From the human T2T-CHM13v2.0 reference genome, Homo sapiens, in NCBI RefSeq assembly GCF_009914755.1, contig NC_060938.1: 64,000 bases of DNA; one strand, written 5' to 3'. Shown in pieces: positions 37,528 through 56,865 of this stretch (position 1 is its first letter; every line of letters begins with the position of its first letter). A model generated the notes under the pieces. It was not told the origin of the DNA. It searched no databases and saw only the letters and a program-made list of their open reading frames with translations. The translations under genes and the position numbers were made by a program.

Positions 37528-39223
37528 TAAAATCTTTCATATTTTTCAATGCTGTCTTACAAAAGAAGTCCCCACTCTGGGGTCCATTTGCATCTCCAGT
37601 GTCTGGCGCCCCCCGGGCAGGATATGCAGTGGCTAATGAAAATCTGTAGCATAAAGGAAAACGCATCCTCACAGGTCTGAAGACAGCACACCTGAGTGGA
37701 TCTTCTGGGATAGTGTTAGCTATCAGGGTTATGACTTGGATCCTGCCTCCCCTCATGTGAAACTTTCAAAAGCACTGGAGTAAAGGAAATCCAGCTGAGG
37801 GAAGAGAGGCAAATCCCTGGGACCCAGATGCACCACACAGGACTATTAGTCCCTAGTCAGGGGGAAGAGCTCTGAAGCTGGGAATCAGGACACCTGACCC
37901 CCCAACTGGAGGCAAATCATCTCTCTGAGCCTCGGCTTCCTCGTCCATAAAATGAAGGAATAAAATGTATACTTGCCACCTCCCAAGGTGTGAGGAGGAC
38001 AGTGAGAGAGCATGGGTGACGAGGCTTTGTCAGCACGGCAAGGCCATTGGCACCTTCCTAATTCTAACAGCCATGATCAGTCTAATGCCACTCCCATCAC
38101 GTCGCCATTAGACCCGGGGACCACTTCTCCAACACACCCATTGGGGCAGAGATTTTGTTCTTCTTATCCACAGACTATCTAAATTAGGGCAGCTCGAATA
38201 TCTCAAAAGAAAGCTGCTGAGACTATGCTGACGGGAAGAAGGGTATTTGGGTTCCAACATCATGGGGGTCCCCCAGTTTTAAGGCACAGGACAGTCCTGG
38301 GATCAGCAGCTCCTGCAACCCCTGAGAATTTGTCACTGGGGTGCTGTGTGTGTCTTCAATGTGACCAAGACAACACCAATCCAATATTGTAGGGCCTGCT
38401 CTGATCCATCCACATTTCTCTGTCATCTGCTGCACGTAGGACGCTGCGCAGGCAGAATCAATGCCATTTTGTGTTTTTTTCTTTTTCCAGGAATGGGACA
38501 ATGCAGGATGGCTGCTGGGTGGGATCACAGCTCCACACTTCGGAGGAGGAAGACTTTGTGTCAGTCTCCAGTGATCCCTCACCTGGACCCCTATCTTTCC
38601 TCAAACACCTCTGCTTCCTGCCTCTGTCCCTTTTGGAACTAAAGGCCTGTTCCTCAGCCAAAGTCCAGAATCCTTTCTTCTCAAGCATGAGTCCCCTGCC
38701 CTCCAGTTGCTTGGCCCAGTAAGGAAGTCAGAGAAGGAAACAGGCAACTGCAATCAAGTGACATGAATGCCAGTGGTGTGGCGTAGGTGCAGCCTAGCCA
38801 TGGGATGGGCAGGTCACGAAGGCAGGGAGACATGCTGTTCAGAGCATCAGAGATTTCACGAAGGGCAAGCTTCAGTGGGGTGTCCAGCAAGCAGATATTT
38901 GCCTCTACTTGTTTACATGTGACCTCCTGGGCAGGGTCTGTGATGTAGGCGGGCCTGCACCCTCACTGCCTAGCACAGAATTATGTATTGATAGGGATGC
39001 ACTAGATTACCATGGTTTAGGACACCAGCCCTCACGTCAGCCGATGCCTCTGTACTCACCAGATAACCTTCAGTTCCCTTCCAGCAGCTTCAAATGTCTG
39101 CTCTATGAACACCCCTGTGACTGGCTGGTGCTAGAAGAAAAATTATGCATATACCCTGTAGCTTGTCCTGAAGTAGGGGGGACAAGAACTTCAGTTAACA
39201 GTGTGCAGCTTTAAAAGTTGAGA

Positions 39224-39524
39224 GGTTGGGCACGGTGGCTCACACCTGTAATCCCAGCACTTTGGGAGGCCGAGATGGGCGGATCACCTGAGGCTGGGAG
39301 TTCGAGACCAGCATGACCAACATGGAGAAACCCCGTCTCTTACTAAAAATACAAAACTAGCCGGGCATGGTAGCAGGTGCCTGTAATCCCAGCTACTGAG
39401 GAGGCTGAGGCAGGCGAATCACTTGAACCCAGGAGGCAGAGTTTGCAAGAGCTGAGATCGTGCCATTGCATTCCAGCCTGGCAACGGAGCGAGACTCCAT
39501 CTCAAAAAAAAAAGAAAAAAAAAA
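39224..39524 (+). mobile_element. AluSp-like
   Basis: Alu consensus with TGACCAACATGGAG. Confidence 0.9.
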
Positions 39525-39929
39525 GTTGAGAGGTGGGTGTCACAGAGGAGGACCACTGCCCCTCACAGTGTACAATATCTGAGTCCATTTGAGAGCTCAC
39601 AGCTCAGAAACACAAGGCTCTCAGTCCATGCAGAGTTGATCTTGGTGGGGGGTGGGAGGGAGGGGACACTCATTCACATTCAACAGAGTCACAGCCAATG
39701 TGTAAACAACCAGAAGGCCAGTTTACCAATCTACCTTTCCAGCAGCTATTCCTGTCATCAGGGCATGCACTGAGGTGTGCAATTCATGCACTCATTCAGC
39801 AAGGTTTTGACAAGCACCAAGTGTCCATTAGTGCACGGACTGTGAGCACCTGACTGGGGAAAATAATGCAGCCAAATGAGGTGGAGATCCAGAAACGGGA
39901 AGTGGAATTGTGCAATGAGCTTGGCGTCA

Positions 39930-40370
39930 CACAAGCTGGAGTTCAAACGCTGTCCATCATTTATTAGGGAGGCGACTTTGGGGAAAATTGCTTAACCTTC
40001 CTGAGTCTCTTTCCTCACCTGTAAAATGGGTATAACAACATCTCCTTACATGATTATTAAAGAATGGGATTACATATGTAAAATGCCTAGTTTTGTTTGT
40101 TTTTGTATTTATCTGGAGAGGCCATGCCACATAATTTTTAAGGGAACAGGCTTTGGGATCAGACAGAGCTGTCTTTAAATCCTAGCTCTGCCACTTACTA
40201 GGTACATGATTTGGGTAAGTTGCTTAATTTTTTTCCACTAAGCCTTGGTTCGCTCATTTGTAAAATGGAAATACGAATTCCTCATAGGGCCTGGGAAATA
40301 AGATAATGTATTCCAAGGACTTAGAAAACTCCTAGGATATGATAAGCATTTAACAAATGGTATGATTAAG
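39930..40370 (+). mobile_element. Two tandem MIR SINEs
   Basis: MIR core TTCCTCACCTGTAAAATGGG and CTCATTTGTAAAATGG. Confidence 0.75.
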
Positions 40371-40379
40371 AGTAATTTT

Positions 40380-41855
<1,476 letters not shown>

Positions 41856-42749
41856 CACAAAAGTATTTTTTTAAGTTGTCCATGGTTGCATACAAATGAG
41901 TGGTACACATATTAAAAAGCAGTTAAAATTATTACAAACTTCAACGAAATTAAAAATTGTGCCACTAAACATACAAAAAAGCTAATTACTTCGTGTTTCA
42001 TTAAAACTTTTCTGAAAAGGCAGGCCTCTCACCTCAGACTAGTTTCATGCCTATACTTTCCAACAGAGTTTCTAAAATAACATCATTTTTGTGCTGCCAA
42101 GCAAAAAGTCAGATCTGTTTCAATACTGCTAAGTCATGCTCCACAGTGAAACAGCAGCAGCATGTCTGGGATCCCCTTTTCTAGTTTGTCTGATGGGAAC
42201 CCTGGTACTCACAAGGCACTGTGCACTTGGCTTAACAACTATACACCAAGGTACACACTGCGGGATTATAAAAGTCCCTGCCCTAAAGGACACAAATCAC
42301 CTCTCAATTCTGGATTGTGCCTTTATTTCTTCCTACCAACACTGCCAATTTTTAAGTTGTTTATAAAGCTTTTAGTTATGGAAGCACGATCTTGGATTTT
42401 GATATAAAAATCAACATAGCTGCCAATTCTAACCTCAGTGCAAATGCAACTGGTGCAAAACAAAGGGCAGCCCCTTATCTACCTCATCCTGTCCTCAGCA
42501 ACATTTCTCTTTTCCAGATCGGGAAACCTGCACGGCCGCTCAGGACTTCTCGATGACTGCACCTTAGAGACCAGAGTGCAGGTTAGCGGGGCTCTCGCTC
42601 CATCAGTCAAGTGAGGTCTTCAAACTTCAGGGTGAACTATGGATGTGTTTTTAAGACTCAAGTTTTCACAAAAAAAATCCAAGTTTCAGAAAGAATGGGA
42701 GAGTTTCAACAGAACTAAAATATGAGAGCCTCTCTCTAAATAATAAAAA

Positions 42750-43054
42750 TTTTCTTTTTCTTTTTTTTTTTTTTTGGAGACAGTCTCGCTCTGTTGTCCA
42801 GGCTGGAGTGCAGTGGTGTGATCTCGGCTCACTGTAACCTGTGCCTCCCGGGTTCAAGGATTCTCCTGCCTCAGCCTCCCGAGTAGCTGGGATTACAAGC
42901 GAGCCACCACGCCCAGCTAATTTTTTGTATTTTTAGTAGAGACAGGGTTCCACCATATTGGCCAGGCTGGTCTCAAATTCCCGACCTCAGGTGATCCGCC
43001 CACCTCAGCCTCCCAAAGTGCTGGGATTACAGACGTGAGCCACCGCGACCGGCC
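42750..43054 (-). mobile_element. AluS
   Basis: Alu consensus. Confidence 0.92.
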
Positions 43055-44074
43055 TAAATAATAGTAATTTTCAACGGAATACATTGGAATCTCATTATAA
43101 ATGCCTGCTCTGGGCTACGATTTGCTTATCAAAGAATTCACAAGTCATAAACTAGAGGGGGTGGACTCGACATGATGCCCACTAGGAGAAAGGTGACAAG
43201 AGAAGCACGAAGGATAGCGCTTTTCAACCCTGGGAGAGCAGGGAGGCCTTCACCAGAAGGTGGGAACCCACCACGAAGCGCCTTCAGGAGGCCCCAGGAT
43301 TCCAAACCAATTAAGGGCCTCCTCTTCCGAAAACGGGAGGCGACGCGCTGAGCTAAGCGCGCAGGCTGGGTTGCGGGCCGACACCGAGGCGGCGCGGCCT
43401 CGCGACCGCCCTGGGCGGTCACTGGCGAGTCACGGACTCGTTCCGCCAGCGGCCAATCCACCCCGAGTCCGAAACAGAAGACGTCCCTGGGATGAAAGAC
43501 CCAGGCCTGGGGCTTAAGGTGGAAAAACAACTCATTCCTCGAGGCCCGGAGTCGGGCGTCCCGGGAGAACGGGAAAGGGAGATGAGCGTCCGCTGCGGGG
43601 AGAACGCGGTCGGGTTCCTCTCCCCGAAGGTGGCAGCCGCAAAAACACGGCCTCGAAAGCAGTTTCGAGGACGATGGCTCCTGCGTCCCGGGAGTCGCCA
43701 TGACGCCGCGGCCTGTCCCAGACCCGGCGAGGGAGGGGACCAACCACCATCTCCCCCTCAAGGCCCAAACCGACAAAGAACGGCCCCCGGTACCCCGGCC
43801 CCGCCACCAGGGCCACTCCGGGTCTCGCGAGACCCAAGGGCTGCGCCGCGAAGACCTCTGGGAAAGGCGGGGGGAGGGGAGAGGAAGGAAGCGAGACCGG
43901 GGCTGGAGGCGGGCCGAGGCCGCGAGTTGAGCCTCAGGAAGCAGAAGGGGCGCGGAAAGATGCGATTGACGTCGCAAGCGAACCAATGACGAGCGAGCTG
44001 TGGCAGGCCTCCAGCCAATGGGCAGTGAGGCCTGACGCGGGGGGCGGACGCTGGGGCCGAGGGTAGCTTGAGCG

Positions 44075-44115
44075 CGGCGGCGGCGTTGTTCAGTCAGAGC
44101 GAGAACATTCCAGAG
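44075..44115 (+). other. EIF5: EIF5 non-coding first exon (5' end approximate)
   Basis: Strong donor GAG|GTGAGT at 44115/44116, just downstream of the CCAAT/GC-box cluster; TSS not determinable from sequence. Confidence 0.75.
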
Positions 44116-44243
44116 GTGAGTCCGGTGAAGGGGCGGCCCCCTGCCCGGTGCTTCCCGCCCCCTCGACCCCTCGGGCCGCTGGCTGGCGGGGAAGGTGCAC
44201 TCCCCGACCGCCCACGGCTCACGGCGCCGTCTCTCCGCGCCAG

Positions 44244-44458
44244 GTCGCCCAGCTCCGGCGCTGACGGGTGTGGACCGCGGACGTCGCTGGGACAGCCCCT
44301 CCCCGCTGCTCGGCGGCGGCACCTGGCCCGGCCGCTCCTCGCTGCGCTTCGCCTCCGCCTCCTCGGACTCGGACTCGGACTCGGGTTTATATCGCGCCTC
44401 ACTTCATCCCAGTCCCGGGCGAGCAGCGTTGGGTTTATGTCTTTATTTGACGAAAACG
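44244..44458 (+). other. EIF5: EIF5 5'UTR exon containing uAUG1
   Basis: Acceptor TCTCTCCGCGCCAG|G at 44243; donor ACG|GTGAGT at 44458. Confidence 0.8.
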
Positions 44459-45511
44459 GTGAGTCGCGGGCGCGGCGGGCCAGGAGATGGCGGCCGCACA
44501 AGATGGCGGCGGCCGCCGCGTGACCCCGCCGCGGCGTGTGGCGCAGTTTGGGCGGACGGCGGGCGGGCGCGGGCCCGGGCGCCGGCCGCCCCCTCCCCGC
44601 GCGCTCCCCGGCCCGGCCTCGCCCCCTCCCCGGCATGGCGGGAGCGCGTCGCGCGTGCCCGCCGCTCGGGCTGACTCAGGCTTCAGCTGCTGCATTTGTG
44701 AGTCATCGCGCGCTCTGGGGCGGGGGCGGCCCGATCCCGGCACCCCTCGGCCGTGTGTCGCTTCCCGGCTGTGCACCCTCCGGGGCCGCCGGCTCTCGGG
44801 GGACGCGCTGGGGATGGGGCCAGACGCCCCGGTCGCGCGCCCCCCTCCTTCGCGGAGCTGCCCGGTTCGCCAGCCCCCGCGGAAACGCCTCGGAGCGCGG
44901 TAGCCATGGGGACCAGGGCGAAGGTTAACCGAGTATTTGAATAGCGAGGAAAAGGGAGGCCGGGGCGAGCCTGGCGTTCGCTCGCGCTCTCTTGCTTAAT
45001 GGCAAATTGTGGGCGAGCGCTGCGTTTAAGGAAGTGCTGCTTTGAAGTAAGCCATGGTTGCCGAAGCAACGATTAGTTGTAGAGAAGTTCCCTAGTTTGC
45101 CCTTAAAAATGAAGACGAACGGGGGTGTGCCTGAGAAGTTTGCTTATCCAGGCGGGGTGGGCGGCGGAGAGGGCTCGGGTTCGTTCTTCAGCACTTCCAG
45201 GATGGCCGCAGAGGCAAACCTGCTGATTGCCCTCGGTCTGATGGAATCTCACGGCGGCTGAGGCAGCACAGCTTGTGTTTTCTTGTCAGGCATTTCCCTA
45301 CCAGTCACAGCTTAGTCGAAATGGAGGCCTTTTTATGTTCCCGCAGATTGTACTGTGTTACATGAGAATGGCTGTTTGCATGTGATCTCAGATGCTTTTT
45401 AAGGTGGAGTTAAGCAGAAGCATAACTAGGATGTAAAAAGGAGGCGTTTCCATCCAGCGATGATGTTAAACCTGGGGGGATTTTTGTGTGTTCTTTCCCT
45501 TTTTCTTTCAG

Positions 45512-45719
45512 AGCTGTTGCGCAGCCATTGGTACCTGTATTGGGGAAACATAGCATACAAGCAAGAAGCTTACAGCCTCAGTGGCGAAAATTTTTTCATG
45601 TCAGAGACCGAGAACTCTTGCAGTCGTTTATGTCATCCCTTCTTCTCCAGACAGAAGATACCAAAAAGTTGCAATCAAAGATCTCTTCATCTTATTGATA
45701 AAGCCACTAATAAGCCAAA
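45512..45719 (+). other. EIF5: EIF5 5'UTR part of the first coding exon (uAUG2, uAUG3)
   Basis: Long polypyrimidine tract plus TTTCAG|AG acceptor at 45511. Confidence 0.93.
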
Positions 45720-50911
<5,192 letters not shown>

Positions 50912-51190
50912 AGGGATGGATGCAACCTAGCTTAACAGTATAATGCTGCAAATTTTCCTCCATTATCAGCCAGAAGTGCAACATGTATGTGCAAAAGCTA
51001 AAATGGCTTAACATCATGCTACACTTTACACTAAAAATCTATTACTGTGAGTGGTCTGTTATTAAGCCCAATGAGACATCTAGGGAGTCCATACACATCA
51101 GTGAGCAGATGTAGTTTGCTTATTTATAGCATGTTTCTTTTTGAAAAACTAGTGGTGGACACATTTGGATCACATTTATACAGTTATAAA

Positions 51191-51196
51191 AATAAA
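51191..51196 (+). terminator. Proximal poly(A) signal AATAAA
   Basis: AATAAA followed by a GT/T-rich downstream element (GGTTTGATTTTGGTCGTT, TGTTTGG). Confidence 0.8.
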
Positions 51197-52478
51197 GGTT
51201 TGATTTTGGTCGTTCTTCAGATGTTTGGCTCTGAATGACTTAAGCTGAAGTAACTGGCTCCTTACTTTAAATGTTCTGCCATCATTTCACCTGATGAGCA
51301 TTCTTGGAGCCTGCCAGATATTGTTAGGTCCTGGGGCTGCAAAGAGGTCCTCAACAGGATGTAAAGCAAACTTAATTGTAATTAATTTATTCAGCCCATT
51401 AAGAAAGTACTAAAGTTTTATCTCTGTAGTTCCTCAAATTGGCATCTGGTAATGTACATTGTGAGGTAGACTGATAATGAAATGACAGTGCAACATCTTA
51501 ACCAAGAAGTAAATATGACCTCAGTGTCCTATAAATAATGTAAGAGCAGGATTTGAAACTTGGAGAGCTGTTTTCTCATTTCATGTACACTTGCCCCAAA
51601 TTGTCTTTGAAGTCGTGTGCATTGCACGTTGGATGAGCCAGGGAAATTATTACATTAACAAGCATTTTGTGTGTACGTAGTAGTTACTTTGTACTGAGAG
51701 AACTTGCTTTGGGGTGCAATTAATAAACTGATTTTATTTGGGAGAAACAAGGAAGGGTGCACTTAACTAGCAACCTAAGCATGATTTTTCAGCTTTTGCC
51801 CTTAGGGTTTAAATTACAATTCCAAAATGTTAGACATACTGTATTTTTTCGTTCAGTGTGGCTTTAATTTTCCCCTCTTGCAGTTTGTTCTGTAATGCCT
51901 TTTACATTTGGACACATAGTTTATGCTTTTTAGATTTTGGTTGCTTTCTTGCCAAAATAAGTGTTAACTGTGTTTCAAACTTGATTTTCTTTCCTTTTTC
52001 TTTTTTTTTTCTTCCAGAATGTCTTATTTAAAAAGAAAGCTAAAAGCATACTTCTAAGTCAGAGCCTCTATTTTGGTGTAAGACTTGGGATATTTTTTAC
52101 TTCACATTGAATATAGCCAGGCACCCAAGAAGTCTGATGGCCACCTGAGTGCAGGTGACAAGGACCTGACAGAGCCCATGCAGGGCTTTAGATTTGGACA
52201 CACAAGAGTTGATAACTTCCTCATGAACTCCTTGCCTGATCTAAACTCATATTATGGGTTCTGACTGTTTGAGTAATCATCTTCAAGGTTAAACCTCTTG
52301 GCAGTTACCCTTTTCACAAAGTGCACAGTGGGAATCGAGAATCGATAGGGTTAATTTTGGAGCAGTGGCTTATACCATTCACCTCTGTTTTTTTGTGATT
52401 ATTTCACAGATAATGAGACCTTAATAACAAATAGGCGTAAAAAAATTTTCACATTGAAATGATAGAAACATTTGATGT

Positions 52479-52484
52479 AATAAA
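52479..52484 (+). terminator. Poly(A) signal AATAAA
   Basis: TGTA immediately upstream; T/G-rich downstream. Confidence 0.6.
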
Positions 52485-54599
52485 ACTTGGTTGGCTTGAT
52501 ATTTTAAGGAATTGAAACCTAGCAATCTTATTGGAGAGACAAGAATTGGTCTCCAGCTGCCTTTGATCAAGATTCGGGTGCAAGTGGAGCAGGAGCCATA
52601 TACCTGGAGGGAATGTGCTTTGTCACACCAAAGAGGATTTTTTTTTCTTCAAACTTGTATGTTGCCTAGGTTTCAAATTCTTTGCCGCAAGGCTGATCTG
52701 CTTTCATTAACTGGAATTCTGTAGGAGATACTGGTGACCTAAGCTAAGTTGCACTCAGCATACTCAGTGTCAAGCTAATGAGGTTCTATTATAAAGGTTC
52801 TACTTTTAATCTGAGGGAAAACATGTTCAGGGCTTCTAGAACACTAAAAAATTTGGCTTAAACCAGTGTTCAGTCTGGTGCCAAACTTCGAATGGAATAC
52901 AAATTCACATAATCTGAACTTTGTTCACAGGTTATCCTAATAGAGTAATTCTTCACTTTGCTCTATTGAACTGTCTTAAGGATTTGTTTAAACAGCTAAG
53001 TTACTTGATTAAAATAATGATAAAATTGTATTTTGTCTTTGCTTTAATATTAAAGTTAACAAGTTTTCATTTTATAATGAGATCAAAGCATTGGAATCTG
53101 CCCTGTTTTGTAGCCGTTGCTTTGGATTTGTGTTGGATGTATCCTGCAGTTACACTTGCCAGCCCCACTCACAAAAGTTGTTCATTTCATTGGGTCACTG
53201 GCTTTATTTGCTAGTCTTGTCTGTGAACTGAGCATCTGCCTCAGTTTTATTACTTGAAATCTTGGCAGGTGCTTAATAGGGAACATACATACAGCTATGT
53301 AACTGTGAATAATTGTATATATCTCTAGTTAAGAATGAGGGAATGGGGAGGTTTGCTTTCTAAACAAGTGCATTCTGAAATTGACTTAAAAATTTTTAGT
53401 GTGGGTCCTAAAGTTTAGAGATGGGCAAGGAGGTCTCTAATCCACCGCTTCCCGCTTGAGAAGGGAGGGGTATCAAAATTGAGCCCCAAGCTGTTTGTTC
53501 CAGTGTACCAAGCACTGACTTTATGCCTTTGGCCTGGAGATGGCAGAAGTGAAAGCTGGCCATCTGCAAAAAGCAGATAAGTGAGTTTGAACCTTTTGCA
53601 TTTTGTTAGCTCAGTCAGTCCTCATCGTGGTCCTGAGGCATAGGTACTGTTGTACCAAGGTCACTTATCTAACAAAATAACCCTTCATGTATTTTAAATT
53701 TATTTGACAAGTCTGCAGACAATCCTTATCTAACCAGCTATTTTCTTAATTGCTACAGCTTGACCTACCAGTATTCCGGAGTAACCAGCAAATGCAAAGT
53801 TGACCTTGTTCCTGCATCATCTTTTTGATGGTTCAAATTTCAGCCTCCCTGACTACTACAAAGCCAGAGCAGTCTTAGTACCAGAAACAGTGTTGCACTT
53901 TCGTTGCATGTGCTGTGTGACCCCAAGGGGACAGGGAGTCACTTTGGTCATCTCTGTCCCCAGTACAGATCTTGATTCATAGTGACATTCCATAAGTGGG
54001 GTGACAGCAAATGACTTGCAGGTAGTCTCATTGTAGGTTTGTGCACCAGAGTGACCCTGTGAGCCTTTGTTAATAGGTTGGGAGCTCAGGGTGTTTATGT
54101 CCACCTGTCTGGTCTAGCCAAACAGTTTTTTTCTGGGAATCAAATTTCTGTGGTTTTTATGGCCAGAAATTTTAAGGACTTGTGTGTGCTGGGATATGAG
54201 AATAGAAGCTACAGAGTTCTTTTCTTGGGACCTAGACTGGGAGGTGCAATGTCAGGACCTCCAGGTGAATGGTAGGATCTGAGTTGACCCTGCAGTTCGG
54301 TTATGCAGTCAATTATTTCTTTTTAAGAGGAGGAGGATTCACTTGGGTGTTGGGATCAAATTTGGATTCTGTCCCAGGCCTTACTGTAAAACTAGGGGAT
54401 TGCCTTTCCATATCTGCTGGGGGTGGAGACCCTTGTGTGCAGCACTCAATCCCACTGGAAGCCTAATGCTGCAGTCAGAAGCAATGCCTGGCTGGGGCAG
54501 TAGGGGAAATTCCACCCAATTTTGCTATGAGCCTAAAACCTCTTTAAAAACGGTCAGTTAACTAAAAAATAAAAATCAAGTCTTTAGGAGAGTAGAAAA

Positions 54600-54860
54600 C
54601 ACAATTAACTAAAAAGCAGGGACATCTGAAAGAGACGTATTAAGTTAACATTTTTAAAAATCCAAATGAAAGTAAATGGAATAAATGTATCAGGTAAAGG
54701 ACGAGTTGTAAGCTTGGATTTTTAGGTCTAGCAATACACTGTTTACAAGAGCATCACCTAAAATGTGACAAAAGATGTTGAAAGGATGAAAAAAGGTATA
54801 GTAGACATACACTAACCAAAAATGTAGCTCTTTGAATCTCAGAAAAAAGTAGATTTTAAT
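54600..54860 (+). mobile_element. Old L1M fragment (ORF2 start), continued at 57663-57740 after the provirus
   Basis: Degenerate L1 ORF2 similarity on both sides of the provirus. Confidence 0.55.
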
Positions 54861-54863
54861 AAA
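54858..54863 (+). terminator. Distal poly(A) signal AATAAA at the L1/MER65 LTR junction
   Basis: AATAAA 1 nt before the LTR TG; downstream CTTGTGTT. Confidence 0.55.
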
Positions 54864-55192
54864 GTGTGAAAGTTGTCAATCAAAGCGGAGTCACTTGTGT
54901 TCAAGAAACAAAAAAACAACCCGAACAAATAGAGTAGGGTTTGCAGTCTTGCGATGGTGAAGGGTCTCATGCTGGTATGCCCAATAACGAAATTATCACA
55001 AAAGATTGCAAAAACCACAGCCTTGCACAAAAAGCATCACAGCCTTATGCAAAAAATACTTCAAGGACATCTACCCAGCAACAGCCTGTCCAGCTGTGGA
55101 CTTGCATCGCCCTTGTTATGGATCTTTGTAGCCACAGGTGGTAATCTCAAAACAGTTATGTAATCTTCATTTATCCTTTAAAAACCATTCTC

Positions 55193-55497
<305 letters not shown>

Positions 55498-55647
55498 TTA
55501 CCTCCCTAAAGTACACACACAGCTCACAATGACGTGTATTCCCATTGCAATGCCCTATTCCTGAATACATATCTTTCTTTTAGAGAGCTCGTCTCTCTCA
55601 TTTAATTGACATAAATGGGGTCAGAAATGGGACCTAAAGAAAGATGA

Positions 55648-56101
<454 letters not shown>

Positions 56102-56574
56102 TATTTTTTTTTCTTTTCTTTTTTTTTTTTTTTTGGTAGAGGCTTTTTGATATTCAAGATCAGGTTTGGTTATAAGGCCACCTTAATAAAGAACCTTACA
56201 TCCCTCCTGAGATGATAAAAGACTGACTTTTCTGGTAAGTCCTTTCTGGTATAAAGACAGAGGTCTCTAGCTTGAGTATTCTGGTTTCTATTGAATTCAC
56301 ATTCTATCTGTGAGGCATGTCATTTCTGGTGAATTCACTTTTGGTCTGAGCGTGTAATTTGATCTGCATGCCTGGGTTAAAATTTTGTGAACACTCATCT
56401 CTTGGTGTCCTGTGATTTGGTTTCACTCGTTTCCCTGGGTTTTTTTCTAAAAACCTTCCACGTTTTAAATAGTGGGCTCAGGATGTCTAATTAAAAGCCA
56501 CTAGGGCAGTTGCCACCATCTAAAACACCAATCCAAACTCCTGACATTCTCTCACAGGATAAAAAAGATATTCT

Positions 56575-56865
<291 letters not shown>

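Larger units (their letters stand above)
43330..45270. promoter_or_regulatory. CpG island / EIF5 promoter
   Basis: Very high GC and CpG density; TCTCGCGAGA 43823-43832, TGACGTCG 43967-43974, CCAAT 43983 and 44015, GC box 44041, YY1 CAAGATGGCGGC 44499-44510, AP-1 44672 and 44699. Confidence 0.95.
50912..54885 (+). other. EIF5: EIF5 3'UTR (maximal extent; alternative polyadenylation)
   Basis: AT-rich sequence after the stop with AATAAA at 51191, 51722, 52479 and 54858. Confidence 0.7.

Noticed and set aside
43983-44001. ERSE (CCAAT-N9-CCACG) in the EIF5 promoter
   Set aside because: No CCACG at the required spacing after either CCAAT
43138-44322. 394-aa minus-strand ORF and other long ORFs over the CpG island
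   Set aside because: R/P/G/A-rich low-information translation expected from stop-poor GC-rich DNA; no recognisable domain; several frames open at once
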